A stretch of 64,000 nt of DNA, taken from Gemmatimonadales bacterium. Its GTDB lineage: Bacteria > Gemmatimonadota > Gemmatimonadetes > Gemmatimonadales > GWC2-71-9. This document shows, piece after piece, positions 1 through 9,272 of this stretch; within the stretch, counting starts at the first letter, position 1, and the number at the start of each line of letters is the position of its first letter. The position numbers and the translations under genes are program-made. The stretch covers positions 17,301 to 81,300 of the forward strand of contig DASWGV010000163.1 in NCBI GenBank assembly GCA_036393515.1, read 5' to 3'. The notes under the pieces were generated by a model that was not told where the DNA came from, did no database searches, and was given only the letters and a program-made list of their open reading frames with translations.

Positions 1-7
1 CGCCTCG

Positions 8-952
8 ATGCTGGTGAACCTCGTCCCCGAGTTCCTCGCGGCGCTCGCCGCCCCTGATCCCCAGGACGCGTATCATCGCTATCTCACCGACCATGCCGCC
101 GTACTGACGGCCTATTGGCATAACTACGTATTGGATCTCGACAGCCCGCACGCGGCGGATGTTGTTCGTCACACGCTCACAGCCGACCGCCGGGATCTCC
201 ACGCGCTCCTGGGCCAGGTCGATCTCGTGGCAATGGCGGAAGAGACCGCGGCCAGATGCGTTGAGGTGCTGGAGGCGGACCGGTCGTTCGATGTGTATCT
301 GATGGTGGGCGTGGGCGCGGCCAACGCTGGTGAACTGGTGCTGGGCGGGCGCGGCGTGGCCTTTGTGTGCCTGGAGCATTTCACCGGGCGCCCCAACCCT
401 GAGACCTACGGCCTGGGCCTCTCACCGGACCTGTTGCCGCTTTGGATCGCGCACGAAGTGGCGCACACCATTCGCTACACCTCGCCCGCCAGCAAGAGCG
501 GCCTCGCCCACGCCGTGTCAGAGGGGGCAGGACGCTACGACTACTGGGAGACCGGTAGCCGGGTGCCCCTGCGCGAGCTCCTGGTGAATGAAGGACTCGC
601 CGTCGCGGCCGCCCAGGCCGTGGCCCCCGGCCGGCCGGCCTGGGACTACCTGGGCTACGGGAGGCGACAGTACCGCCGCCTGCGGGAGTTGGACGTCTTC
701 CTGCGGCGCGCCATCGCACCGGACCTCGATCACTCAGGCCTGGGCTATCGCCTCCGCTATCTGGCCGGGGGCGCCAGTCCCAGTTCTCGCCTGGTTGCCG
801 GCAAGATCATCCCGGAGCGCGCGGGCTACTACGTTGGCCTGCGGATGACGGAAGCTATCGTGGCTGATGTCGGCATAGCCACGGCCCTGCGCGCCTCCGC
901 CGAGGAGTGCCGGCTGGCCGAGGAGCGCGCAGCCGGCATTCAGACCGCCTGA
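8..952 (+). CDS. DUF2268-like putative zinc metalloprotease (hypothetical)
   Basis: 314-aa ORF with an HExxH motif (WIAHEVAHTIRY). The frame is open back to nt 2, so the start may lie upstream of the window. Family guess is from memory and was not searched. Confidence 0.5.
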   Translation: MLVNLVPEFLAALAAPDPQDAYHRYLTDHAAVLTAYWHNYVLDLDSPHAADVVRHTLTADRRDLHALLGQVDLVAMAEETAARCVEVLEADRSFDVYLMVGVGAANAGELVLGGRGVAFVCLEHFTGRPNPETYGLGLSPDLLPLWIAHEVAHTIRYTSPASKSGLAHAVSEGAGRYDYWETGSRVPLRELLVNEGLAVAAAQAVAPGRPAWDYLGYGRRQYRRLRELDVFLRRAIAPDLDHSGLGYRLRYLAGGASPSSRLVAGKIIPERAGYYVGLRMTEAIVADVGIATALRASAEECRLAEERAAGIQTA

Positions 953-962
953 CCCACCCTGT

Positions 963-2321
963 CTATTTCCCCACGCAGAAGTTCGCGAACAGCCGGTCCA
1001 ACACGTCTTCCCTCGTCACCACGCCGATCAACTCTTCCAGAGCGGACACGGCTGCACGCAAGTGCGTCGCCGCCACTGCACCTTCCATCCCGGCCTGTCG
1101 AGCGCTGGCGAAGCCCCGGATTTCGGTCAGGGCCCGCTCCAGCGCAATCCGCTGACGCTCTCGCGTCACCACCGGAGTCACGTCACCGCCGGTCACCAAC
1201 GTAGCGAACGCCGCACGCGCCAATGCCCTCCGGAGCGCCACGAGTCCCTCCCCGGTGTGGGCGGACACCATCAACTCGTCACTCCTCGGCCCCCCTCGCC
1301 CTCCCGTGTTCCCTTCGGTGAGATCGGCCTTGGTTCGCACCACCAGGACTCGCTCCTCCAGACTGTGCACAAACGACACTTCGTCGCGGCCAGCCGGTGC
1401 GGCCGCCTCCATGCAATACAGCACCAGATCCGCCGCGGCGAGGTAGCGGCGGCTCACCTCGATCCCCAGGGACTCGATGCGGCCCGCCCGCTCCCTCAAG
1501 CCCGCCGTGTCCACCAGCCGGAAGGGGAACCCGTCGCAGGTAGCGGACGCCTCAATGGCGTCCCGCGTCGTCCCTGGCACGTCGGTGACGATGGCGCGCT
1601 CCATCCCCAGCAGGGCGTTGAACAGGGAGGACTTGCCGGCGTTGGGTCTGCCCGCGACGACGACCAGCGCTCCCTCGCGCAGCCGCGCGCCTTCCCGCGC
1701 CGTGCCCAGCAGCCGCTCTACAGAGGCGTCAACCACTTCGATCGCGGCGGCGACTCGCTCCGGGGGCACCGGCCCGCTGTCCTCCTCCGGAAAGTCGATG
1801 TCGTAGCTCACCAGAGCTTCGAGCCCCAGCACCTGGTCCCGCACGCGGGCAATCTGGTTCGACAGTCCCCGGTCAATAGCGTGGACCGCCGCCTTTCGCT
1901 GCGCCGGCGCCGTGGCGTCAATCAAATCCGCCACCGCTTCGGCCTGCAAAAGATCGAGTTTCCCGTGGTAAAGCGCACGTCGGGTGAACTCGCCAGGAGT
2001 GGCGGGTCGCGCGCCGGCGGCGAGCAGGGCACCAAGGGTCTCCGCCGGCACCAGCAGCCCACCGTGCGTGGCGATCTCGACGACGTTCTCGCCGGTGTAC
2101 GACGCGGGAGCCCGGAACGCGGTGTACAGGGCGTCGTCCAGCGTATCGCCGGAGAGGGGATGGACCACGCGGGTGCGCCGCGCCACCCTGGGAAGGTCGC
2201 TCACAAAAGGCCGCAACACCGACCCCGCCACCTCAAACGCCGCCGCACCGGACACCCGCACTACGGCAATTGCCGAGCGGCCTCCTGGGGTGGCGAGCGC
2301 GGCGATCACATCGGTCAGCAT
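963..2321 (-). CDS. mnmE: tRNA modification GTPase MnmE (TrmE)
   Basis: 452 aa with G1 GRPNAGKSS, G3 DTAGLR and the C-terminal CxGK motif (FCVGK). It sits directly downstream of yidC, as in many bacteria. Confidence 0.95.
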   Translation of the reverse strand: MLTDVIAALATPGGRSAIAVVRVSGAAAFEVAGSVLRPFVSDLPRVARRTRVVHPLSGDTLDDALYTAFRAPASYTGENVVEIATHGGLLVPAETLGALLAAGARPATPGEFTRRALYHGKLDLLQAEAVADLIDATAPAQRKAAVHAIDRGLSNQIARVRDQVLGLEALVSYDIDFPEEDSGPVPPERVAAAIEVVDASVERLLGTAREGARLREGALVVVAGRPNAGKSSLFNALLGMERAIVTDVPGTTRDAIEASATCDGFPFRLVDTAGLRERAGRIESLGIEVSRRYLAAADLVLYCMEAAAPAGRDEVSFVHSLEERVLVVRTKADLTEGNTGGRGGPRSDELMVSAHTGEGLVALRRALARAAFATLVTGGDVTPVVTRERQRIALERALTEIRGFASARQAGMEGAVAATHLRAAVSALEELIGVVTREDVLDRLFANFCVGK

Positions 2322-2343
2322 ACGATAGCCGGCGTCTCAGACC

Positions 2344-4014
2344 CTAGCCCGCCTTCGACTGCCCGCCCATGCGCCTCAAACGCTCCTTGGCAATGAGCCA
2401 TTGCTGCGGAATGCTGGCGATATTGCTGACGGCGTAGTAGAGGTTGAGACCCGAGGAAAAGTTCAAGAACAGCACCGTGAACATCACCGGCATCACGTAC
2501 AGCATCATCTTGGCCTGCGGATTCGGCGGTACCCCCATCTGCCCGACCTTGGAGACACCGTACATCGAGATTCCCATGACCAGGGGGATGATGTACAAGG
2601 GATCCGCCCGGGAGAGGTCCGGTAGCCACAGAAACGGAACGCCGCGGAACTCGATGGTGTTGGCGAACACGAAGAAGAGCGCGAAGAGCACGGGCATCGG
2701 GATCAGCATGGGAAGGCAGCCGCCCAGGGGATTCACCCCATGCTCTTTGTACAGCTTCATCATCTCCTGCTGCAGCTTCTGCGGCTCGCTCTTGTAGCGG
2801 TCCTGAAGAGCCTTCATCTCCGGCTGCACGGCCTGGAGCGCCGTACTCGACCGCATGGCGATCTGGTTGAGCGGCCAGAGCACCAGACGCACCGCCAGGC
2901 CGAACAACACCAGCACCCACCCATACTGCAGCCGCAGCACCTCGTGCATCCAGAGCAGCACCCGCACGATGAGATTGGCGAACGGCCGGATGACCGGCCG
3001 GAAGATCCACCCGTACGGGTTGACGTCCTCGAAGTCGTGACCAATACGCGCCAGCCGCCGGTATTCTTGGGGCCCGAGGTAGACCGCGTGCTGCCAGGTG
3101 CCGGCGGGAACCGGGAGCGACACCGAGACGGACACCCCGGTCGCCTGCCGCCCGTTGCGGGCGCCTCCCGTGGCCACCGCGCCGCCGAACCGGACGTCGC
3201 CCTCAAGGGCCAGTACCGCCGCCACGAAGTACTTCGACTTCACCGCGACCCACTCAAACGGGCCCGCCAAATCCTGCCGTTCCCCGGAATCCAGCGACCC
3301 GAAGCCGACGCTTGCCGTGGAGCGCGCCTTGGTGACGATACTGTAGGACCGGATATCCGCCACGCTATCCGCCTCCACCGGATGGATCCTCGGGCCCAGC
3401 TCGACGAGCAGCAGGGCGCCGCCCGGGAGACCCTCGGCTGTCCCGCGCACGTGGAACAGGTACTCGTTGGCCTGGAACTCGTAGACCAGCCGCACGGTCA
3501 GGCCTCCGCGGGTCGTGCTCCACTCGAGCGTCGCGCCTTCCGGCCCCACCTCCAGACTCTCCGCCGACGCCTGGAATTGCCAGTCCGCCAGCCGCACTGT
3601 GTCCCGGCCAACGATGAGCCGGTACGCCAGGAAGTCCGACTGATCGGGGACCAGCTGCGCGGGCCCGGAGTCCCCCGCGGCGAACGACTGGTACGCCGAG
3701 AGCTCCGACCGCATCAGGCGCCCGCCTTGCGACGAGAACGTCATACGGTAGAGCGGGCTGCTCACCACTACGCGGCGGCCGTCGCGACCGGTCGGTGCCG
3801 TGGCGCTGTCGCCACGGTGCTCAACGACTGCGGCGACGGTGTCAGGACGCCTCGTCAGCTCACTTGGTCTCGCGGGGGACACGGGGCCGGTCGCGGCCGA
3901 CGTGTCGCGCGGCTGAATCCCGGGCGGCGGCGGCCGGCGCGGCGGGAAGAGAATACTCGGCAGAATGGCGATGAGCATCGCGAGGGCGATCGCCAGCAGC
4001 GTTCGACGTTCCAT
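2344..4014 (-). CDS. yidC: membrane protein insertase YidC
   Basis: 556 aa with an N-terminal TM helix, a large periplasmic domain and a C-terminal insertase core (NPLGGCLPMLIPMPVLFALFF). Synteny with yidD-rnpA-rpmH supports the call. Confidence 0.95.
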   Translation of the reverse strand: MERRTLLAIALAMLIAILPSILFPPRRPPPPGIQPRDTSAATGPVSPARPSELTRRPDTVAAVVEHRGDSATAPTGRDGRRVVVSSPLYRMTFSSQGGRLMRSELSAYQSFAAGDSGPAQLVPDQSDFLAYRLIVGRDTVRLADWQFQASAESLEVGPEGATLEWSTTRGGLTVRLVYEFQANEYLFHVRGTAEGLPGGALLLVELGPRIHPVEADSVADIRSYSIVTKARSTASVGFGSLDSGERQDLAGPFEWVAVKSKYFVAAVLALEGDVRFGGAVATGGARNGRQATGVSVSVSLPVPAGTWQHAVYLGPQEYRRLARIGHDFEDVNPYGWIFRPVIRPFANLIVRVLLWMHEVLRLQYGWVLVLFGLAVRLVLWPLNQIAMRSSTALQAVQPEMKALQDRYKSEPQKLQQEMMKLYKEHGVNPLGGCLPMLIPMPVLFALFFVFANTIEFRGVPFLWLPDLSRADPLYIIPLVMGISMYGVSKVGQMGVPPNPQAKMMLYVMPVMFTVLFLNFSSGLNLYYAVSNIASIPQQWLIAKERLRRMGGQSKAG

Positions 4015-4029
4015 GGCGGCCGTGGAGGG

Positions 4030-4299
4030 TCAGGGAACGGGATCGTGCCCGCTGCCGCCCCAGGGATGACACCTGAGGATGCGCCGCAGCCCCAGCCAAC
4101 CGCCCCGCACGGCCCCGTAGCGGCGCACCGCCTCCAGCGTGTACGACGAGCAACTCGGCGAGAAGCGGCAGGGTGACGGGAACGCCGCCATGCCCCATTG
4201 GTAGACCTGGATCAATGCCGTCGCCGCACGACGCGGCCACTGGCCTACCGCGACAAGTCGTTCAGCCACCGAGCGAGATCTCCCTGTAGCTCGAGCCAC
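4030..4299 (-). CDS. yidD: membrane protein insertion efficiency factor YidD
   Basis: Hallmark sequence [15 protein letters not shown]...[17 protein letters not shown]. The start is ATG 4299 or GTG 4269; both overlap the 3' end of rnpA. Confidence 0.85.
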   Translation of the reverse strand: MARATGRSRSVAERLVAVGQWPRRAATALIQVYQWGMAAFPSPCRFSPSCSSYTLEAVRRYGAVRGGWLGLRRILRCHPWGGSGHDPVP

Positions 4300-4673
4300 G
4301 CCGACGAGTACGCCGACGGCCGGGCGCGAATCACCATGTCAACCGCCGGGAGTCGCGGCAGCACCAACCGCCGGCTCGCCTCCCGCAGACGGCGCTGAAG
4401 CTGGTTCCGCTGCACCGCGGTCTGGCGGTAACGCGGCACCACGACCCCCAGGCGAGGATGCCCAGTCGTGTTCGCGAGCCAATACACGTCGAGTCTTGAA
4501 GTGCGGGAGCGGTGACCTTGTTGCACCACCGCCCGAAGATCGGACGCGCGGGCAAGGCGCCAGGCCCGAGGGAGGCCCTCGGACGTCAGCGCCCTGCGTG
4601 CTTGGTTGGCGTGCGCACCGAAAGGCGCTTGCGGCCCTTCTTGCGCCTCCGGTTCAGCACGGCGCGCCCCCAT
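4245..4673 (-). CDS. rnpA: ribonuclease P protein component RnpA (start uncertain)
   Basis: Basic protein with an RnpA-like core ([26 protein letters not shown]...[23 protein letters not shown]) between rpmH and yidD. The only ATG (4673) overlaps rpmH by 88 nt, so the real start is probably further downstream (see findings). Confidence 0.8.
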   Translation of the reverse strand: MGARRAEPEAQEGPQAPFGAHANQARRALTSEGLPRAWRLARASDLRAVVQQGHRSRTSRLDVYWLANTTGHPRLGVVVPRYRQTAVQRNQLQRRLREASRRLVLPRLPAVDMVIRARPSAYSSAWLELQGDLARWLNDLSR

Positions 4674-4750
4674 CGCGTGCTCATGCGCTCACGGAACCCG
4701 TGCTTGCGCACGCGCTTGCGGTTGCGCGGTTGATACGTTGGTTTCCCCAT
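4586..4750 (-). CDS. rpmH: 50S ribosomal protein L34
   Basis: 54 aa, [43 protein letters not shown]. The start is ATG 4750, inside a longer 91-aa ORF. It diverges from dnaA. Confidence 0.9.
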   Translation of the reverse strand: MGKPTYQPRNRKRVRKHGFRERMSTRWGRAVLNRRRKKGRKRLSVRTPTKHAGR

Positions 4751-4808
4751 CGGCTCGTTCCTGCTTTCGGGCGCGAAAACTATCCGCGCCGCTGGCAGCG
4801 GGTCAAGG

Positions 4809-4837
4809 TTGACTTTTCCACAGGCCAACACTACGTT
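4809..4837 (+). promoter_or_regulatory. putative dnaA promoter with embedded DnaA box
   Basis: TTGACT (4809-4814), a 17-nt spacer, then TACGTT (4832-4837). The spacer contains TTTTCCACA (4814-4822), an 8/9 match to TTATCCACA. The site lies 44-72 nt upstream of the dnaA ATG. Confidence 0.4.
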
Positions 4838-4880
4838 CGTGCGCCCTGTTGCACCCCCCACGCTTCAGTCACGTTACGGG

Positions 4881-6263
4881 ATGGAGTTGTCAGCCAAAGA
4901 GGCATGGTCACGCGTGCTGGAAAAGGCACGCCGTGAGTTGCCGGACGCTACCGTTCGCACCTGGCTTGAGCCAGCGGAAGCGCTCGGACTGCAAGGGGGC
5001 CGCTTGGTCGTCGCGGCCCCGGACCAGTTCGCCGCCGAATGGAACGCGTCGAAACACGCCCCGCTCCTGTCACGCCTCGCTGGCGAAGCCTTGGGCACAT
5101 CCGTTGACGTCGTGTTCCAGGTTCAAGAGGAGCGAACCCGCCGGGCGCAGATGGATTTCTTCGTCGCGGCGCCGGCCGCTCCCGACGCCGGTCAACCGGC
5201 CCGTCGGAGCACCCCGCTCAACGATCGATACACGTTTCGGACATTCGTAATCGGTAAGTCCAACGAGCTGGCCGGGGCCGCGGCGCATGCGGTCGCGGAG
5301 GCGCCCGGCCGCACCTACAATCCGCTGTTCATCTACGGGGCCACCGGCCTGGGGAAGACCCACTTGATGCAGGCCATCGCCCATGCCGTGCTGGCCCGCA
5401 CCCCGGCGTACCGCGCCCTGTACATGGGAGCTGAACAGTTCATCAATGAGGTGATCGAGAGCATCCATTCGCGCACCATGTCGGAATTCCGGCGGCGCTA
5501 CCGGCAGGACGTGGACATGTTCCTGGTGGATGACGTGCACTTCCTGGAAGGCAAGGAGATGACGCAGGAAGAGTTCTTCCACACGTTCAATGCCCTGCAT
5601 GAGGCCGGGAAACAAATCGTGTTGACGTCGGATCGCCCGCCCAAGGAGATCCCGGGGCTCGAGTCCCGTCTGGTGAGCCGCTTCGAATGGGGGATGGTGG
5701 CCGACATTGGGCAACCCGATCTCGAACACCGCATCGCCATCCTTCGCAAGAAGGCGGAGCAGGACCACTTGGAGCTGACCATACCGGACGACGTCCTTCG
5801 GTTCATCGCCGAACATGTCCGCAGCTCCGTCCGGGAGTTGGAAGGGTGCATCATCAAGCTGCTGCTCTTTGCCTCCTTGAAGCACCGCGAGATCTCGATT
5901 GACCTGGCACGAGACGCGTTGTCAGACAAGATCCGCCAGAGCGACCTGATGGCCGGCACGGCTGCGCATGCGGTTCCCAGTGTCGACCGCGTCCAGGAGG
6001 TCGTGGCGCGCCGTTGGGGAGTGACCCCGGAAGGACTGCGTTCCAAGGCCCGAACCAAGAATCTGACGGTCCCACGCCAGGTCGCGATGTTCCTGGCCAG
6101 GGACCTGCTGGGTATGCAGTTGGTGGAGATTGGGCAGGCCTTCGGCGGCCGCGATCACTCGACCGTGATCCACAGTGTCTCGAAGGTGCAGACCCAGATC
6201 GGGGCGGACCGGCAGTTCCGCGATCGGGTAGACTCTGCCCGGCGCGAGTTGTCCGCACCCTGA
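4881..6263 (+). CDS. dnaA: chromosomal replication initiator DnaA
   Basis: Walker A GATGLGKTHL, DVHFLEGKEMTQEEFFHTFNAL, and a C-terminal DNA-binding helix (RQVAMFLARDLLGMQLVEIGQAFGGRDHSTVIHS). The domain I-like N-terminus starts at MELSAKEAW (ATG 4881); the ORF track's TTG at 4809 is probably upstream leader. Confidence 0.95.
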   Translation: MELSAKEAWSRVLEKARRELPDATVRTWLEPAEALGLQGGRLVVAAPDQFAAEWNASKHAPLLSRLAGEALGTSVDVVFQVQEERTRRAQMDFFVAAPAAPDAGQPARRSTPLNDRYTFRTFVIGKSNELAGAAAHAVAEAPGRTYNPLFIYGATGLGKTHLMQAIAHAVLARTPAYRALYMGAEQFINEVIESIHSRTMSEFRRRYRQDVDMFLVDDVHFLEGKEMTQEEFFHTFNALHEAGKQIVLTSDRPPKEIPGLESRLVSRFEWGMVADIGQPDLEHRIAILRKKAEQDHLELTIPDDVLRFIAEHVRSSVRELEGCIIKLLLFASLKHREISIDLARDALSDKIRQSDLMAGTAAHAVPSVDRVQEVVARRWGVTPEGLRSKARTKNLTVPRQVAMFLARDLLGMQLVEIGQAFGGRDHSTVIHSVSKVQTQIGADRQFRDRVDSARRELSAP

Positions 6264-6500
6264 CCACAATGTGCGCCACTTTTCGGCGCAGTGTGGGCTG
6301 GCGGGGGAAACCGGCGCGGTTCCGCACATGCTGGTGCAGTACCAACAGGCAACACACAGACGTAAGCTGGTGCAGCTGCCAGCCGGGGAATGACTTACAA
6401 GATTTGTCCAGATTTACAGAGAGCCTACTAGGACTACTAGAGTATATACTATTAGAATAGTAGTAGTCTGTATCCGCACATTGGTGTTGGTGGGAGACTG
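6264..6500. other. candidate oriC (AT-rich unwinding element plus DnaA-box-like repeats)
   Basis: 237-bp non-coding dnaA-dnaN spacer. Positions 6421-6470 are 18/50 G+C. TCCGCAC occurs at 6252, 6321 and 6473, and 7/9 DnaA-box matches lie at 6249-6257, 6403-6411 and 6470-6478. Confidence 0.5.
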
Positions 6501-7610
6501 ATGAAACTCACGGTCGCCAGGGAACGACTTCAGGAAGGCTTGGTCGCAGTCGCCGCCAGCGTACCGGCCAAGACGACGCTCCCCGTCCTCGCTAATATCC
6601 TGGTGGAGGCAACCAAGGACGGTATACGGCTGTCTGGCACCGACCTCGACGTGGCCGTCAGCACCGTGGTGCCCGCCGATGTAGACGCTGAGGGAGCTGT
6701 TACCCTGCCAGCCAAGAAGCTGCTGGAGATTGTGCGGGAGCTTCCTAGCGCGGGCGTTCGTGTGACTGCGGCTGGGGAGCAGCGAGTCAATCTCGAATGC
6801 GGCCGCTCCAAGTTCAAGCTCCTGGGAATCCCCAAAGAGGAGTTCCCGCGGTTTCCGGCGGTGAAGTTCGACAAAGGCTGGCGAGTCACCTCTGGGGATC
6901 TCCAGAAGCTCATCAACTGCGTCGCATTTGCCGCCTCAACGGAGGAGAGCAGGCCCATTCTGAACGGGGTGCTCTGGGAGTTAAGGCCGGAGCGCATGCG
7001 GATGGTCGCGACCAACGGCCATCGCTTGGCTCGCCTGGACATTCCCGTGTCAGGCGGGAAAGAGAACGCCGACCTCATTGTCCCGCCCAAGGCGCTGGAA
7101 CAGGTCAGGCGCCTGTTCGGTCCCTCGGATGAGCTCGAGATCGCACGGTCGGAGAATCACCTTGGGTTCCGCAGCGGTCACACCCTGGTGTTCAGCCGCC
7201 TGATCGAAGGGCCGTACCCCAATTACGAGCAGGTCATTCCCCGTGAGAACGACAAGATCGCCACGGTGGATCGTCAGAGCTTGGCGGCGGCGCTACGACG
7301 CGTCGGCGTCGTGGCCAGCGACCAGACTCACCGTGTACGCCTGGGATTCGCCGCTGGCACCTTGCGATTCTCGGTGAACACGCCGGACCTAGGCGAAGCC
7401 AACGACGAAATCGCGATCACCTACGATGGTGATCCGCTGGAGATCGGGTTTAACGCGAGCTATCTGTTGGAGATTCTGAAGTACATGCCCACGGACGAAG
7501 TGCGAGTGACCTTCAAGGCCCCGGAGCGGGCGGCCACCGTGGAGCCAGTAGGCTGGGATGATGCCGCGTCCTACCTGTGCCTGGTGATGCCTCTACGCCT
7601 GGTTGACTGA
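6501..7610 (+). CDS. dnaN: DNA polymerase III beta sliding clamp
   Basis: 369 aa, MKLTVARERLQEGL..., with three-domain clamp length, located immediately after dnaA. A GGGAG RBS precedes the ATG. Confidence 0.95.
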   Translation: MKLTVARERLQEGLVAVAASVPAKTTLPVLANILVEATKDGIRLSGTDLDVAVSTVVPADVDAEGAVTLPAKKLLEIVRELPSAGVRVTAAGEQRVNLECGRSKFKLLGIPKEEFPRFPAVKFDKGWRVTSGDLQKLINCVAFAASTEESRPILNGVLWELRPERMRMVATNGHRLARLDIPVSGGKENADLIVPPKALEQVRRLFGPSDELEIARSENHLGFRSGHTLVFSRLIEGPYPNYEQVIPRENDKIATVDRQSLAAALRRVGVVASDQTHRVRLGFAAGTLRFSVNTPDLGEANDEIAITYDGDPLEIGFNASYLLEILKYMPTDEVRVTFKAPERAATVEPVGWDDAASYLCLVMPLRLVD

Positions 7611-7613
7611 GGG

Positions 7614-8450
7614 TCAGCGGGCCACACCCAGTGCCCGGTGACTCTTGACGCCGGTGAGGCTGAATCGATCGGGGCGCGAGAGCCCCAGCGACCGTGACGC
7701 GCCTCCAACCGCCCCAACCCATCCCGTGGTCCCGAGCCCAACGCCGATCACCACACGCTCCACCTGATGGGCGACCAGCTCCACCCCCGTCAACACCTCG
7801 ATCCGCGAGCGCCCGGGAGGGGAGAACCGCAGCATCCCGCGATACTGTATGTCGCCCAAGAGTCCGTTGCCGGCATCCGCCGCCGCCAACTCGCCGTCCA
7901 GTATCAGCAGCCGCGGCACGGCGCGCCACTGGAGGCCGGCGAGGGCGGTGACCGGCGTCGGAGCGCCGCGCACTACGGGCCGGCCGAGGTGTCGCACCAC
8001 GGCCGCGACATCCAGGGCGCGCGTCAATCGGTAGTCGAGGCCAAGATCAACGCCCTCGTCACGGGCTGACGCCCGGAACAGCGTCACGCCGACGCCAAGG
8101 GACCCGCGCTGGAAGGGGAGCCCCACGCCGAACCTGGTCATGTTGACCGGTGCGGTCTCCACCGTGCGATCCCGTGCGAACGAGACCGAGAACCCGCGAG
8201 AGTTCATCCCGAGCGTGTACTGAGCAAGGGTTGCGTCCGGGAGCCGATCCACCACGACCTCGGCCATGATCGAGGCTTCCAGAACGCGCGCCAGGCCCGC
8301 CGGGTTGACCCAAGCGGCCCGCACGTCGTCTACCCCCGCCACCGTCAGGTAATCCGCGGATCGAGGGCGCGGCAGCTGGGCGATCGCCGGCGCGGCGGCC
8401 GTGAGCGGTACGAGAGCGGTGAGTAGCCCCGGGAGCAGCGATGGGTGCAC
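7614..8450 (-). CDS. putative outer-membrane beta-barrel protein (hypothetical)
   Basis: Signal peptide MHPSLLPGLLTALVPLTAAAPAIAQ, an NPAGLA motif near the N-terminus, and many alternating-hydrophobic beta-strand-like segments. No family was confirmed. Confidence 0.55.
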   Translation of the reverse strand: MHPSLLPGLLTALVPLTAAAPAIAQLPRPRSADYLTVAGVDDVRAAWVNPAGLARVLEASIMAEVVVDRLPDATLAQYTLGMNSRGFSVSFARDRTVETAPVNMTRFGVGLPFQRGSLGVGVTLFRASARDEGVDLGLDYRLTRALDVAAVVRHLGRPVVRGAPTPVTALAGLQWRAVPRLLILDGELAAADAGNGLLGDIQYRGMLRFSPPGRSRIEVLTGVELVAHQVERVVIGVGLGTTGWVGAVGGASRSLGLSRPDRFSLTGVKSHRALGVAR

Positions 8451-8453
8451 GGC

Positions 8454-9272
8454 CTACGGTACGATGGAGACGGTGTCGGCCCGCCACTGGCGTCCCTGGA
8501 TCTGGAGGCCGGACGCGGGGAGCGTGATGGTGAAGGCGGAGGAATCGGCGGTGATCAAACCCAGGTAGCGGCCGGCGAGGGACATGAACTCGGCGGTGGT
8601 GCGTTGGCCGGATCCCTCCACGCGAAAGGCCTGCCCGCCTTGCGTGCCAGTCCCGTCGAAGGTGTATGCCGCGCGGGATCGGATGGGGAGGGCCAGCTCA
8701 CCACTGCGGCTCTCGACGTCACCCACCTCATGGCTGGCAATCGCACGGATAACCAACGGCACTCCACTGGTTGCCGATCGCTGTTCGGTGGTGTCCACCC
8801 AGCGAGCCCTCGGCTCTGCTCCCCCCGACGGGAGGCCCGGAAAGAAGTGCTGGAGCTCGTCGGCCAGCTCTTGGACGACTTGGACGCTGGAGTCGCCGCC
8901 GCGGAATTCGGCGAGTTTCCCTTCCGGGCTCAGCCGCCCGAAGAAGGTGGCTCCACGGGCCCGATGCACATCCAAAGCGAGGGCGGCGTTCCCTTCGTAT
9001 CGGGTGACGGAGTCCAGCACGATAGTGGCTTCCAGGCTGGAGGGATCACCTGATAGGCGGGCTGTCAGGAAGTACCCAAGGTCGAGTCGGCTCTCCTGAA
9101 TCTGTCCGTTCACTTCCTGTTCCACGTACAAATGAGATCGCGTCCAGTAGCTCGACATCCCGGCTGACGGCGCCACGCGGACGGTCGCGGGCTGGGCAGT
9201 CGGGGCGCTGGCCGACGGGGGAGCCGCGCAGGCCAGCGCGAGAAGACCGGTGACCACCGCGAGACGTGTCAC
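8454..9272 (-). CDS. putative lipoprotein (hypothetical)
   Basis: A GTG start at 9272 gives the lipobox-like sequence VTRLAVVTGLLALAC. This GTG overlaps the stop of the upstream small ORF (GTGA). The gene ends 3 nt before the beta-barrel gene. Confidence 0.55.
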   Translation of the reverse strand: MTRLAVVTGLLALACAAPPSASAPTAQPATVRVAPSAGMSSYWTRSHLYVEQEVNGQIQESRLDLGYFLTARLSGDPSSLEATIVLDSVTRYEGNAALALDVHRARGATFFGRLSPEGKLAEFRGGDSSVQVVQELADELQHFFPGLPSGGAEPRARWVDTTEQRSATSGVPLVIRAIASHEVGDVESRSGELALPIRSRAAYTFDGTGTQGGQAFRVEGSGQRTTAEFMSLAGRYLGLITADSSAFTITLPASGLQIQGRQWRADTVSIVP

